A DNA stretch of 45,798 nucleotides, from the sequence record DRR723986_4977. One strand, given 5' to 3'. A program made the translations under genes and the position numbers. The first letter of the stretch is position 1; every line of letters starts with the position of its first letter. This document shows, in pieces, positions 9,940-19,064 of the stretch. The notes below the pieces were generated by a model that did no database searches, was not told the origin of the DNA, and was given only the letters and a program-made list of their open reading frames with translations.

Positions 9940-10023
9940 AAAGGGTCCTGCATAATCACTACTTGAGTTTACACTATAGTAAATTTAGGCGCGAAAAGAA
10001 CATAAATAGTATGGGAATTTTGC

Positions 10024-11007
10024 TTAAGGCGTCTTTTTTTCAACAAGCCGCCATCGCGCAACATTTTTATTATGTTCGTCTAAAGTTTTCGCGAAAGCGT
10101 GGCCCCCTGTGCCATCCGCAACAAAATATAAATATGGCACGCTCGCTGGGTTTAAAACCGCAGCGATTGATGCACGTCCGGGGTTAGTAATCGCTGTTGG
10201 GGGCAGCCCTGCACGCCGATAGCTGTTGTAAGGCGTATCAGTTCGAAGTTCGCGCCGTGTTAGCCCTCGTCCTAACGGCACACCTGCACTAATGCCGTAT
10301 ATCACTGTTGGGTCTGATTGAAGCCGCATGCCTTTTTTTAACCTGTTGATAAAAACCGCCGCTACCAGAGAGCGTTCGCGTGCAACACCTGTTTCTTTCT
10401 CAACTATAGATGCCAAAATAATTGCTTGCTGTTGATCAGTGAAAGGCAAATCATTCGCGCGACTACGCCATAACTCTTCAAATGCCTTCTGCATGGCTTT
10501 CTGCATGCGTTTGATAAGGTCAACCGCAGTATCCCCACGTTCATAGTAGTATGTTTCAGGCAATAAACTGCCCTCCGCAGGAAGTGGGAAATCCTCGCTT
10601 AAAGGGTCAAATATATTTTCAAGAAGTACCATAACATCTGCAACAGACGCACCCTCCGGCACAACGAAACGACGCTTAAACGTATCTTGTGTGTCAATTT
10701 TGGTTAGAACGTCCATGAGTGTTGCATTTGGCTGTATTTCATACTCGCCGGCGTACAGCGAGCGATCCAAACCGCGCCAGCGAACGACCAATTTGAAATG
10801 CCAAGCCTCTTTTACAAGACCCAACTGGGCAGCTTGACCAGCAACACTGTTGACACTGGCCCCCTGCTCTATGACCAAATATTCTGCTTGAACGTTTGTA
10901 CCGGGCGCACTGCCCAAATGCCGCAATAAGCCATGCCCAACACCAAACAATAAAAGCGAAGAAGCAACAGCTATCGTCAAAATAAAAAGAAACCGGTTTC
11001 GCATCAT
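10024..11007 (-). CDS. mltG: Endolytic transglycosylase MltG
   Basis: N-terminal TM anchor, LASIVEKETG (catalytic Glu), NRLKKGMRLQSDPTVIYG, GLPPTAITNPG, YLYFVADG. Confidence 0.95.
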   Translation of the reverse strand: MMRNRFLFILTIAVASSLLLFGVGHGLLRHLGSAPGTNVQAEYLVIEQGASVNSVAGQAAQLGLVKEAWHFKLVVRWRGLDRSLYAGEYEIQPNATLMDVLTKIDTQDTFKRRFVVPEGASVADVMVLLENIFDPLSEDFPLPAEGSLLPETYYYERGDTAVDLIKRMQKAMQKAFEELWRSRANDLPFTDQQQAIILASIVEKETGVARERSLVAAVFINRLKKGMRLQSDPTVIYGISAGVPLGRGLTRRELRTDTPYNSYRRAGLPPTAITNPGRASIAAVLNPASVPYLYFVADGTGGHAFAKTLDEHNKNVARWRLVEKKTP

Positions 11008-11090
11008 GGCATTACCTTAGCAGGCTTTTTCCATGCACAAAACCGGTCTTTAATCGGCAATACCAGACCTATAAACAATGGCTTATATGC

Positions 11091-12359
11091 TTATTTAGAG
11101 AATTCCTGAACAACAAGAGAAGCATTCGTTCCGCCAAAACCAAACGAATTTGAAAGTGCTGCTTTTACTTGGCGTTCCTGTGCCTCAAGAGGTACCAAAT
11201 TAATGCCTTCACAGCCCTCTGCCGGATTATGCAAGTTCAATGTTGGTGGCACAACATTATCCTGGATAGATTTAATGCAGAAAATAGCCTCAACCGCGCC
11301 CGCTGCACCCAGCAAATGCCCAATAGATGATTTGGTAGATGACATCGCCGCATCAGACGCATGGCTCCCCAGCAGGCGCTTGACCGCACCGAACTCAATC
11401 GGGTCGCCTATTGGCGTTGATGTGCCGTGGGCGTTAATATAGTCGATATCTTCAGGATTCAAACCAGATCGCTTAATTGCAGCTTCCATGGAACGATATC
11501 CACCATTACCATCTGGTGCTGGCGCAGTAACATGATGGGCATCGCCTGACATACCGTAACCCGTAACCTCGCAATAAATTTTGGCGCCGCGGGCTTTGGC
11601 ATGCTCAAGCTCTTCCAAGACAACAACACCTGCACCCTCGCCCATAACGAAGCCATCATGGCCAACATCCCATGGGCGAGAGGCCTCCTGCGGCGTATCG
11701 TTATACTTAGTCGACAGTGCGCGCGCCTGAGAAAAGCCCGCAAATGCAACACCGCAAACAGATGCTTCTGCACCGCCCGCAACCATAACATCGGCATCAT
11801 CCAGTGCAATTAACCGTGCAGCATCACCAATGGCGTGCGCACCGGTTGAGCAGGCTGTAACCACCGCGTGGTTGGGTCCTTTAAAACCATATTTTATCGA
11901 TACATTACCGGAAACAAGGTTGATGATTGAACCGGCAATAAAATGAGGGCTTACTTTACGAATACCCCGCGTATGAAGCGTTACTGCTGTGTCAGCAATC
12001 CAGCGTAAACCGCCGATACCCGACCCGATCATCACGCCAGTGCGATAACTTTCTTCTTCACCTGGATCGGTCCACCCTGCATCTTCAACAGCCTGCTGCG
12101 CAGCAGCAACACCGAAAACAATGAAATTATCCACTCGTCTTTGGTCTTTCGGAGGCATATAAGCGTCCGCATTAAAAGTGCCATCTGAGCCATCACCCAG
12201 AGGTACTTCACAAGCAATTTTGCACGGGAATGTCTCTGTATCAAATAAAGTGATCGGTCCAGCACCCGACTTTCCCTCAATCAGGCGATTCCATGTAGTG
12301 TCTACAGTGTCCCCCAACGGAGAAACCATGCCCAAACCCGTAACAACAACTCTTCTCAT
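11091..12359 (-). CDS. fabF: Beta-ketoacyl-ACP synthase II
   Basis: RRVVVTGLG, TACSTG (catalytic Cys), NAHGTST, GHLLGAAG, SNSFGFGGTN. Confidence 0.97.
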   Translation of the reverse strand: MRRVVVTGLGMVSPLGDTVDTTWNRLIEGKSGAGPITLFDTETFPCKIACEVPLGDGSDGTFNADAYMPPKDQRRVDNFIVFGVAAAQQAVEDAGWTDPGEEESYRTGVMIGSGIGGLRWIADTAVTLHTRGIRKVSPHFIAGSIINLVSGNVSIKYGFKGPNHAVVTACSTGAHAIGDAARLIALDDADVMVAGGAEASVCGVAFAGFSQARALSTKYNDTPQEASRPWDVGHDGFVMGEGAGVVVLEELEHAKARGAKIYCEVTGYGMSGDAHHVTAPAPDGNGGYRSMEAAIKRSGLNPEDIDYINAHGTSTPIGDPIEFGAVKRLLGSHASDAAMSSTKSSIGHLLGAAGAVEAIFCIKSIQDNVVPPTLNLHNPAEGCEGINLVPLEAQERQVKAALSNSFGFGGTNASLVVQEFSK

Positions 12360-12487
12360 TGACTGTTCCCTATTGATGCGTCAGCTTTATTCCCAAACAT
12401 ATAGCTGATCTACGCTACTTTACTGCGAAAAAGCGCGCCTTAGAAACCAAAAAATTAAAAAACCAAAAGGCAATTATCTTTGAATGT

Positions 12488-12529
12488 AAAAAGGGCAACA
12501 ACCAAGCCGTTTGGCCTAGTTATTGCCCT
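12488..12529 (-). terminator. Rho-independent terminator/stabilising hairpin after acpP
   Basis: Minus strand: AGGGCAAUAACUAGGCC-AAAC-GGCUUGGUUGUUGCCCU followed by a U-run (17-bp stem with G-U pairs). Confidence 0.8.
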
Positions 12530-12549
12530 CATAAAATACTGAATCCCTC

Positions 12550-12783
12550 TTAGGAATTCGCGCTGATGAAATCGATCGCGTTCTTAACGGTCTGAATTTT
12601 TTCAGCGGCGTCGTCCGGGATCTCGATTCCGAATTCTTCCTCGAACGCCATTACCAGCTCCACAGTATCAAGGCTATCTGCACCAAGATCATCAATAAAG
12701 CTTGCATTATCGGTTACTTTGTCTTCGTCGACACCTAGGTGCTCGACTACGATTTTCTTCACCTTTTCGGCGATTTCGCTCAT
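12550..12783 (-). CDS. acpP: Acyl carrier protein
   Basis: [20 protein letters not shown] phosphopantetheine motif. Confidence 0.98.
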   Translation of the reverse strand: MSEIAEKVKKIVVEHLGVDEDKVTDNASFIDDLGADSLDTVELVMAFEEEFGIEIPDDAAEKIQTVKNAIDFISANS

Positions 12784-13024
12784 AGCTATGTCCTCGTTTA
12801 TAACACCGTTAAAACGGAGAATACTTTATCTTTAGTAAATCCCCAACTGTACGGTTTTCCTGCTATTTCGGCTGGATTGACCGCATTGCGGCTGCTCCTA
12901 ACACAGTTTATTCGGTTTGAGAAGCCCGAGAAATAGAATTCCCCTTGTTGAACTTTTCAAACCATTACTTACGATTTTAATCAACTCCGTGCAACCCTTG
13001 GGTTGGACGCGGGTACGCTCACCG

Positions 13025-13762
13025 TCAGATCATAGCCATACCACCGTTTACATGCAGCGTTTGTCCGGTGACATATTGAGCTTCATTACTTGCCAGATAT
13101 AACACCGCAGCGGCAATATCTTCTGGCGTACCAAGCGCACCAGACGGTATGCCGCTCGTAATCGCTGCTTTCTGATCTTCGGTTAATGCATCAGTCATAG
13201 GCGTTGCAATAAAACCAGGGGCAACACAGTTAACTGTAATTCCTCTAGTCGCTACTTCCTGGGCCATAGATTTTGACATACCAATCATGCCTGCCTTGGA
13301 TGCGGCATAATTCGTTTGTCCGGGGTTACCAGTTACGCCGACAACCGAAGTAATGTTAACCATCCGACCCCAACGTGCTTTCATCATGCCGCGCATCACG
13401 CCTTTCATAAGGCGAAACGCGCTTTCCAAATTAACTTGCAGAACTGTGTCCCATTCGTCGTCTTTCATGCGCATGGCCAAATTGTCTTTGGTGACCCCAG
13501 CGTTGTTCACCAAAATATCGACACTGCCCATTGCTTCAACGGCTTGCTTTGCCAAAACGTCAACGCTCTCGCGCTCTGAAAGATTGGCGGCAAGCACATG
13601 TACACGGTCGCCTAGTTCTGAAGCTAATTCCGTTAGCTTTTCTGCGCGCGTGCCAGAAATGGCCACAGTTGCACCAGCACTATGTAAAGAACGAGCAATA
13701 GCAGCGCCTATGCCGCCTGTTGCGCCTGTCACAAGCGCGTTCTTACCTGTTAAATCAAACAT
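13025..13762 (-). CDS. fabG: 3-oxoacyl-ACP reductase
   Basis: TGATGGIG, NNAGVTKD, NYAASKAG; between fabD and acpP. Confidence 0.97.
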   Translation of the reverse strand: MFDLTGKNALVTGATGGIGAAIARSLHSAGATVAISGTRAEKLTELASELGDRVHVLAANLSERESVDVLAKQAVEAMGSVDILVNNAGVTKDNLAMRMKDDEWDTVLQVNLESAFRLMKGVMRGMMKARWGRMVNITSVVGVTGNPGQTNYAASKAGMIGMSKSMAQEVATRGITVNCVAPGFIATPMTDALTEDQKAAITSGIPSGALGTPEDIAAAVLYLASNEAQYVTGQTLHVNGGMAMI

Positions 13763-13791
13763 TAAATTCCCCAATTACCAGTTTTTTATAA

Positions 13792-14730
13792 TTACAGTGT
13801 GGCGACAAAAGCTTCAATATCGGCGGGCTCTTGCATGTTAGCAGTCGCCAAGTCCCGATCAATACGCCTGGCTAAACCAGATAAAACCTTGCCCGCCCCC
13901 ACTTCAACCATTTGAGTTATCCCCAGCGAGGTCATCGACTCAACACTTTCACGCCACCGAACTGCCCCCGTTACCTGGTCTACCAGCAAGGTTTTTATCC
14001 CTTCAGGTTCGCTGATAGGAACTGCCAATACATTGGCGATCACCGGTAATACAGGGCGTTTAATCTCCACGTCCACCAACGCCGCTCTCATTTCGTCCGC
14101 AGCCGGTTGCATCAACGGGCAATGGAACGGTGCAGAAACTGGCAACAATAGGCCTCGTTTCGCGCCCTTTGCTTTTGCTATTTCAACTGCGCGCTCAACG
14201 GCACCTTTATGGCCCGAGACGACGATCTGGCCATCGGCATTGTCATTGGCAGCAACAACAATTTCACCCTCAGCTGCTTCTGCGCATACTACCTTCACAT
14301 CATCCATCGACAGGCCGAGGATAGCGGCCATTGCGCCCTCGCCTACAGGAACAGCCCGTTGCATCGCTTGACCGCGTAATTTCAACAGTTTAGCAGCATC
14401 TGCAATACCAAACGCACCGGTTGCAGCAAGAGCTGAATATTCACCCAATGAGTGCCCGGCAACATGACTGGCAATTTCGTCTATTTTCAAGCCACCGGCT
14501 TCTAATATACGGATAACGGCAAGCGACACAGCCATAAGGGCTGGCTGCGTGTTTTCGGTAAGGCGCAAGTCCTCCTCGGGGCCTTCCCACATAATTTTGG
14601 ACAAATCTTGCGAAAGCGCGTCGTTTACTTCCTCAAAAACAAGCTTTGCAGCCGGTTCAGCGTCCGCAAGCGATTTGCCCATACCTACAAACTGACTACC
14701 TTGACCAGGAAACACCAGTGCGCGAGTCAT
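13792..14730 (-). CDS. fabD: Malonyl-CoA:ACP transacylase
   Basis: FPGQGSQ, GHSLGEY, VSAPFHC; RBS GGAGG upstream. Confidence 0.97.
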   Translation of the reverse strand: MTRALVFPGQGSQFVGMGKSLADAEPAAKLVFEEVNDALSQDLSKIMWEGPEEDLRLTENTQPALMAVSLAVIRILEAGGLKIDEIASHVAGHSLGEYSALAATGAFGIADAAKLLKLRGQAMQRAVPVGEGAMAAILGLSMDDVKVVCAEAAEGEIVVAANDNADGQIVVSGHKGAVERAVEIAKAKGAKRGLLLPVSAPFHCPLMQPAADEMRAALVDVEIKRPVLPVIANVLAVPISEPEGIKTLLVDQVTGAVRWRESVESMTSLGITQMVEVGAGKVLSGLARRIDRDLATANMQEPADIEAFVATL

Positions 14731-14869
14731 TTAATCCTCCATTTAATTACTTTAAAACAATCACATTACGCCCGCAGATGGCATATAGCGAATAGGTAAG
14801 GCAAGAAGTTTGACACAAACCTACCTGCAATTACCGCTCATCCATTATACGTTGTGATAAGAACTAACA

Positions 14870-15241
14870 TCACACATGTTGATCAATCAAAATCGGGTTG
14901 CCGTCCGGGTCTACAACCATAAAACTAGCTGGGCCACTTGATGCCTCGTCAGCTTCATCAATAATAGGAACTCCCTTATCTTTTAAGTGCTTTTGAATAT
15001 CCCGAACATCTTTAAAGCTTTCCAAAGGCTGTCCATTGGCATCCCAGCCTGGGTTGAATGTCATCATGTTTTTGTCGAACATGCCCTTAAAAAGCCCTAG
15101 AACGCAGCTGGGGCTTTTCAATATTAGCCAACCTTGGCTTTCATCACCGCCAAAAACTGAAAAGCCTAATCCTTCGTAAAAAACCTTAGAGACCGACAAG
15201 TCTTTCACCGTTAAACTTAATGAGAACGCACCCAAATTCAT
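14870..15241 (-). CDS. VOC (glyoxalase/bleomycin-resistance) family protein
   Basis: MNLGAFSLSLTVKDL..SKVFYEGLGF, MMTFNPGWD, DPDGNPILIDQH. Start is 15241 or 15244. Confidence 0.88.
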   Translation of the reverse strand: MNLGAFSLSLTVKDLSVSKVFYEGLGFSVFGGDESQGWLILKSPSCVLGLFKGMFDKNMMTFNPGWDANGQPLESFKDVRDIQKHLKDKGVPIIDEADEASSGPASFMVVDPDGNPILIDQHV

Positions 15242-15325
15242 CATAATCCCTTTCTTTCTCAAACATCCTAGTTACCCTAGAACAATTACATCATTTTACA
15301 GAATTCTACAGGAATAAACGGCAAA

Positions 15326-15754
15326 ATGGCTCTTCACATCCTTAAAGTCGCAGCAGGCATACAGTCAATTGACCGTCTTAAAGAAATAGTAGCGCACTAT
15401 TCGTATAATGACCCTGATTTGGGGCCAATCATGCCTATGTCGTCACGCAACCGTCCGCAGCGCGCAGAAGTTTTGGAAGGCGGGTCAGTTTACTGGATAA
15501 TAAAGGGCAAAATTGTTGCACGCGCTGCAATAGTCGCCATTCGAGATGAAGAACGTCCAGATGGCCGAAAAGGCTGCCAAATATGCGTAATACCAGAAGT
15601 CATACCGACAGTGCCGTTTCTCAAACGTGGTTTTCAGGGATGGCGATATTTGCAGCCCGAAAATGCGCCTGCCGACCAGATAACCGGCGACGGCGAAGCA
15701 GGCAAAGGATCAGCAGACTTAGCAGCGGAACTACAGGAAATGGGTTTACTTTAG
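15326..15754 (+). CDS. DUF1489 family protein
   Basis: MALHILK, GGSVYWIIKG, RGFQGWRYL...AP.D and C-terminal EL.E.GLL are the family hallmarks. Confidence 0.88.
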   Translation: MALHILKVAAGIQSIDRLKEIVAHYSYNDPDLGPIMPMSSRNRPQRAEVLEGGSVYWIIKGKIVARAAIVAIRDEERPDGRKGCQICVIPEVIPTVPFLKRGFQGWRYLQPENAPADQITGDGEAGKGSADLAAELQEMGLL

Positions 15755-15780
15755 GTCCCCGCTTTTGCTGAGCCATGTAC

Positions 15781-15809
15781 TTGAGAGCTCTGAGGCTCTA
15801 TGATATATT
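15781..15809 (+). promoter_or_regulatory. Putative sigma70 promoter of the TPR/TonB-like gene
   Basis: TTGAGA (15781-86), 17 nt, TATATT (15804-09), with an extended TG at 15801-02. Confidence 0.55.
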
Positions 15810-15839
15810 TCAACTTCAATAAGCGAGAGTTTGGTTTAC

Positions 15840-16922
15840 GTGCGTTGGCAACCTAAAATTATGGCTTTGCTGCTACTGTTGCTTGCAGGGCCGCCATCTA
15901 CCGCGCAAGAAAATTCTTCAAATTCCCTAGAAGACGCACTACACGCCTACTCAGAAGCCAAAAATGTTGGTAATAAGGCGGATACTTTCCTTCACGCGCA
16001 GCGGGCCTATAATATTGGTCGCAAACTTTACGAAAACGACCCTGCAGAACTCGCCCCGATTATATTCGCATATGCAAACGCAGCGGCCACATATAGAGAG
16101 CCAATCGCGCTTACTATGTATCAACAAGCGTTAGATCAATACACTCAAGCCCTTGGGCCACAGCATCCCGACCTTGTGCCTCCCTTAATTAACGCTGCAG
16201 ATGAAGCAATATTGAGAAAAGAGCCTGAAATGGCCTACGCTTGGCTCGCAAAGGCACGGAAAATTTTAAACAATAAAAAATTGAAGCGCGACTTTCTTGA
16301 GGCACGAATGCATATGGGTCTGGCCCGATTGTTCAAAAACTCGAGGCAAATGGAACGTGCGAAGAAACATGCATCCCAATCATTTGAACTATTTGATAAT
16401 CAAGGTACGGTCCGTATATTCCCCGAAAATGCCAACTTATATTTTTGGCATGGTCAGATCATGCGCAGCCTGAAGTTAAACGCACTCGCTAGGCAAAGTT
16501 ACCTAAAATCATTAGAGATATTTGGTCAGCAAGACCCTGATGCACGGAAAGTGTTGTCCATTCACACTCATCTGGTGGAAATAAATCATAAACTAGGCGA
16601 TCAACAATCCCTCGTTAAAAACTGTCACGCTGTTGAGGCATTTGAAAATGCAAGGAATTCTAGTAAGCACTACCCACTATATGACCCTTCCGGTGTAATT
16701 GGTGGATACCAGAGTGGTAGAATTGGAGAGCTCGTTGTAAATTTCACTGTCGGTCTTGATTGCAAGGTTAGAAATATAGAAGTCCTTGGTGCTACCGGCA
16801 TTGATAAAATAAAAGCTCAAAATGTCCTGTCGCAAGTGTATTTTACGCCCACCCTTGAGTTTGGAAAACCCAAAGAACGAACCTACGAATACATGCAACT
16901 GGCTGTCTATGATCAGAACTAA
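15840..16922 (+). CDS. Secreted TPR-like helical-repeat protein with a degenerate C-terminal TonB-like domain
   Basis: Signal peptide (..LLLLLAGPPSTA/QE); TPR-like helices (ALTMYQQALDQYTQALGPQHPD; ARQSYLKSLEIF); the C-terminal G-x-x-V-V-x-F-x-V...V-x-N-I-x-V...F-x-P...G-K-P pattern of TonB_C. Start is 15831, 15840 or 15861. Confidence 0.7.
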   Translation: MRWQPKIMALLLLLLAGPPSTAQENSSNSLEDALHAYSEAKNVGNKADTFLHAQRAYNIGRKLYENDPAELAPIIFAYANAAATYREPIALTMYQQALDQYTQALGPQHPDLVPPLINAADEAILRKEPEMAYAWLAKARKILNNKKLKRDFLEARMHMGLARLFKNSRQMERAKKHASQSFELFDNQGTVRIFPENANLYFWHGQIMRSLKLNALARQSYLKSLEIFGQQDPDARKVLSIHTHLVEINHKLGDQQSLVKNCHAVEAFENARNSSKHYPLYDPSGVIGGYQSGRIGELVVNFTVGLDCKVRNIEVLGATGIDKIKAQNVLSQVYFTPTLEFGKPKERTYEYMQLAVYDQN

Positions 16923-16981
16923 TCATTTTTATAATATTTGAGCCGAAGCTTACTACTTCGACTAATTGAGAATGATAAACA

Positions 16982-17341
16982 TTAAGCCTTTCGGATATCC
17001 ATCATGAATTTTATGCTCGCAGCTAAACCCAAAATCATCAAAACTAAAAGTGAATAGCTAGCGGCATATGACAGATACACTGGGTAGTCTGGCGCGACTT
17101 GATTTAACATCGCGGCATTGTAAGAAGCCCTCGTGGCTGCACTGAAGACAGTCGATATGAAAAAGCCACTTGAAACTAAATATACTGCAGAAACAATGAT
17201 ACACTGAGTTCGGGTCAGCTTTTTCCCATAAGCATACGCGGCGACCAAATATGCTGTTGTTATGGTTATAAAAAGAGAAAACATTGTGAAAAGAAGGCTT
17301 AGTGTTGAATTGAAAGTATCAATTAATTGATATTCGCTCAT
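16982..17341 (-). CDS. Hypothetical membrane protein (about 3 TM helices)
   Basis: 119 aa with three long hydrophobic stretches and the motif AYLVAAY..G..LTR.Q. Confidence 0.75.
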   Translation of the reverse strand: MSEYQLIDTFNSTLSLLFTMFSLFITITTAYLVAAYAYGKKLTRTQCIIVSAVYLVSSGFFISTVFSAATRASYNAAMLNQVAPDYPVYLSYAASYSLLVLMILGLAASIKFMMDIRKA

Positions 17342-17500
17342 TCTGAAAGCCTTACTCTGGTTGTTTAGAATACCTCATTTACAGGTTTTAAAGCTTATCA
17401 GCAATCAGAGATGCTGCCTAAGGCTATCTTGAATTCAGAAGTATATTAATTCAGCACCCTTCAAAACTACGATTATTAATCTGTAAACATAAGCTTTCCC

Positions 17501-17529
17501 TTGCATTTACCTATATCCACGTCTAAGAA
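17501..17529 (+). promoter_or_regulatory. Putative rpsF operon promoter
   Basis: TTGCAT (17501-06), 17 nt, TAAGAA (17524-29), then a GC-rich discriminator AGCGCG. Confidence 0.55.
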
Positions 17530-17534
17530 AGCGC

Positions 17535-17640
17535 GTTCTCTGGAACTATTGATTCGCAAGATGATACAAGCCGAGAACTTGAAGCGAGCTGGAGGCCCCT
17601 GCTCATGGTGACTGGGGAGCGATCAGCACATAGGAGTAGA
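17535..17640 (+). promoter_or_regulatory. Structured rpsF 5' leader, candidate S6:S18 autoregulatory RNA
   Basis: GUUCUC (17535-40) pairs with GAGAAC (17573-78); GCUG (17588-91) with CAGC (17624-27); GCUC (17601-04) with GAGC (17617-20). An unpaired CCCC lies in the internal loop, next to the SD AGGAG. Confidence 0.5.
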
Positions 17641-17642
17641 AC

Positions 17643-18053
17643 ATGGCTTTATACGAGCATGTTTTCATTGCGCGCCAAGACGTTAGCGCGACGCAAGTTG
17701 AAAACATTACTGCCGAATTCTCGAAAATTATCGAGGACAATGACGGCAAAGTCGCGAAGAGCGAATATTGGGGTCTGAAAGGCCTCGCATACCGCATTAA
17801 GAAAAACCGCAAGGGTCACTATGTGATGTTGCACCTTGACGCCCCTCATGCAGCTGTTGCTGAAATGGAGCGCCAAGTACGTTTGAACGAAGACATTCTT
17901 CGTTACATGACCGTGCGTGTTGAAGAGCTTGAGGAAGGACAGTCAATTGTTCTTCGCTCTAAAGCAGAAAAAGACAATCGCCGGGGCCCACGCCCTGACA
18001 ATCGGGGCCCACGCCCTGACCGCGGCGACCGTAACGACAGAAAGGCATCTTAA
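17643..18053 (+). CDS. rpsF: 30S ribosomal protein S6
   Basis: [33 protein letters not shown]. Confidence 0.98.
   Translation: MALYEHVFIARQDVSATQVENITAEFSKIIEDNDGKVAKSEYWGLKGLAYRIKKNRKGHYVMLHLDAPHAAVAEMERQVRLNEDILRYMTVRVEELEEGQSIVLRSKAEKDNRRGPRPDNRGPRPDRGDRNDRKAS
17982..18020 (+). repeat. In-frame tandem duplication (18-nt identical unit, 21-nt period) in the S6 tail
   Basis: CGGGGCCCACGCCCTGAC at 17982-17999 and 18003-18020, encoding RGPRPD twice. Confidence 0.85.
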
Positions 18054-18055
18054 TC

Positions 18056-18286
18056 ATGGCTGCAGGACGTCCTTTTTTCCGTCGTCGCAAAACGTGTCCG
18101 TTTTCCGGCGATAACGCACAGACCATCGATTACAAAGATGTAAGACTGTTGCAAAAATATGTATCCGAACGTGGCAAGATCGTTCCTAGCCGTATCACTG
18201 CGGTTTCTGCAAAGAAACAGCGTGAGCTTGCGAAAGCAATCAAACGGGCTCGGAATATCGCTTTGCTGCCGTTCATTATTCAATAG
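18056..18286 (+). CDS. rpsR: 30S ribosomal protein S18
   Basis: [35 protein letters not shown]. Confidence 0.98.
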   Translation: MAAGRPFFRRRKTCPFSGDNAQTIDYKDVRLLQKYVSERGKIVPSRITAVSAKKQRELAKAIKRARNIALLPFIIQ

Positions 18287-18308
18287 CGCCTGAGGGAAGG
18301 AGACAATC

Positions 18309-18953
18309 ATGGAAGTCATTCTCTTAGAACGAGTTGAGAAACTTGGTCAGATGGGCGACGTTGTTACCGTTAAAGACGGTTTTGCTCGTAACTTCTTGTT
18401 GCCAATGAAAAAAGCGCTTCGCGCTACTGATGGCAATAAAGCAACATTTGAAGCGGATCGTGCGCGCCTTGAGGCCGATAACCTTGAGCGGAAAACTGAA
18501 GCTGAAGCCGTTGCAAAAGCTATGGCCGATGTAAAAGTGGTTATGATCCGCGCGGCTGGCGAAAGCGGCCAGCTATATGGTTCAGTATCAAGCCGCGATA
18601 TTGCTGAAGCAGTAACCGAAGCTGGTGTTGGCATTAGCCGTAATCAGGTGGTTCTTGATCGCGCGATCAAAACCCTTGGTTTGCACGATGTTGTTATTCG
18701 CTTGCACCCGGAAGTTGTTGAATCAGTTATTGTTAACATTGCGCGCAGTGCTGACGAAGCTGAAACGCAATTCTCCACTGGTTCTGCAGTAGTGGCATCA
18801 GAGCATGAAGAAGAATTTGCTGCTAACAACGAGTTTGTTGAAGAAGTTGCTGAAGAAGATGCTGAGGCTGTCACGGATGAAGCCGATACTTCTGAAGAAG
18901 TTGAGTTTTCTGAGGAAGTTGAAACATCTGAAGGCGAAGCAAAAGACGCATAA
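18309..18953 (+). CDS. rplI: 50S ribosomal protein L9 (long acidic C-terminal tail)
   Basis: [37 protein letters not shown]. Confidence 0.98.
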   Translation: MEVILLERVEKLGQMGDVVTVKDGFARNFLLPMKKALRATDGNKATFEADRARLEADNLERKTEAEAVAKAMADVKVVMIRAAGESGQLYGSVSSRDIAEAVTEAGVGISRNQVVLDRAIKTLGLHDVVIRLHPEVVESVIVNIARSADEAETQFSTGSAVVASEHEEEFAANNEFVEEVAEEDAEAVTDEADTSEEVEFSEEVETSEGEAKDA

Positions 18954-18978
18954 CGCTTCAATATGCTAAGAAATAAAT

Positions 18979-19008
18979 AAAGGGTGGCCATCGCGCCGCC
19001 CTTTTTTT
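18979..19008 (+). terminator. Rho-independent terminator of rpsF-rpsR-rplI
   Basis: AAAGGGTGGC-CATCGC-GCCGCCCTTT followed by a T-run. Confidence 0.85.
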
Positions 19009-19034
19009 GTACCTAAATTATATAAAACATATAG

Positions 19035-19064
19035 TTATCCCCATAGTTATCCCCCTGTGGAAAA
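19035..19064. promoter_or_regulatory. Cluster of three DnaA-box-like 9-mers upstream of dnaB
   Basis: TTATCCCCA (19035-43), TTATCCCCC (19047-55) and TGTGGAAAA (19056-64; reverse complement TTTTCCACA), versus the consensus TTATCCACA. Confidence 0.7.

Noticed and set aside
17982..18020. Short direct repeats as a CRISPR or mobile-element trace
   Set aside because: Only two in-frame copies inside rpsF; no spacers, cas genes or transposase.
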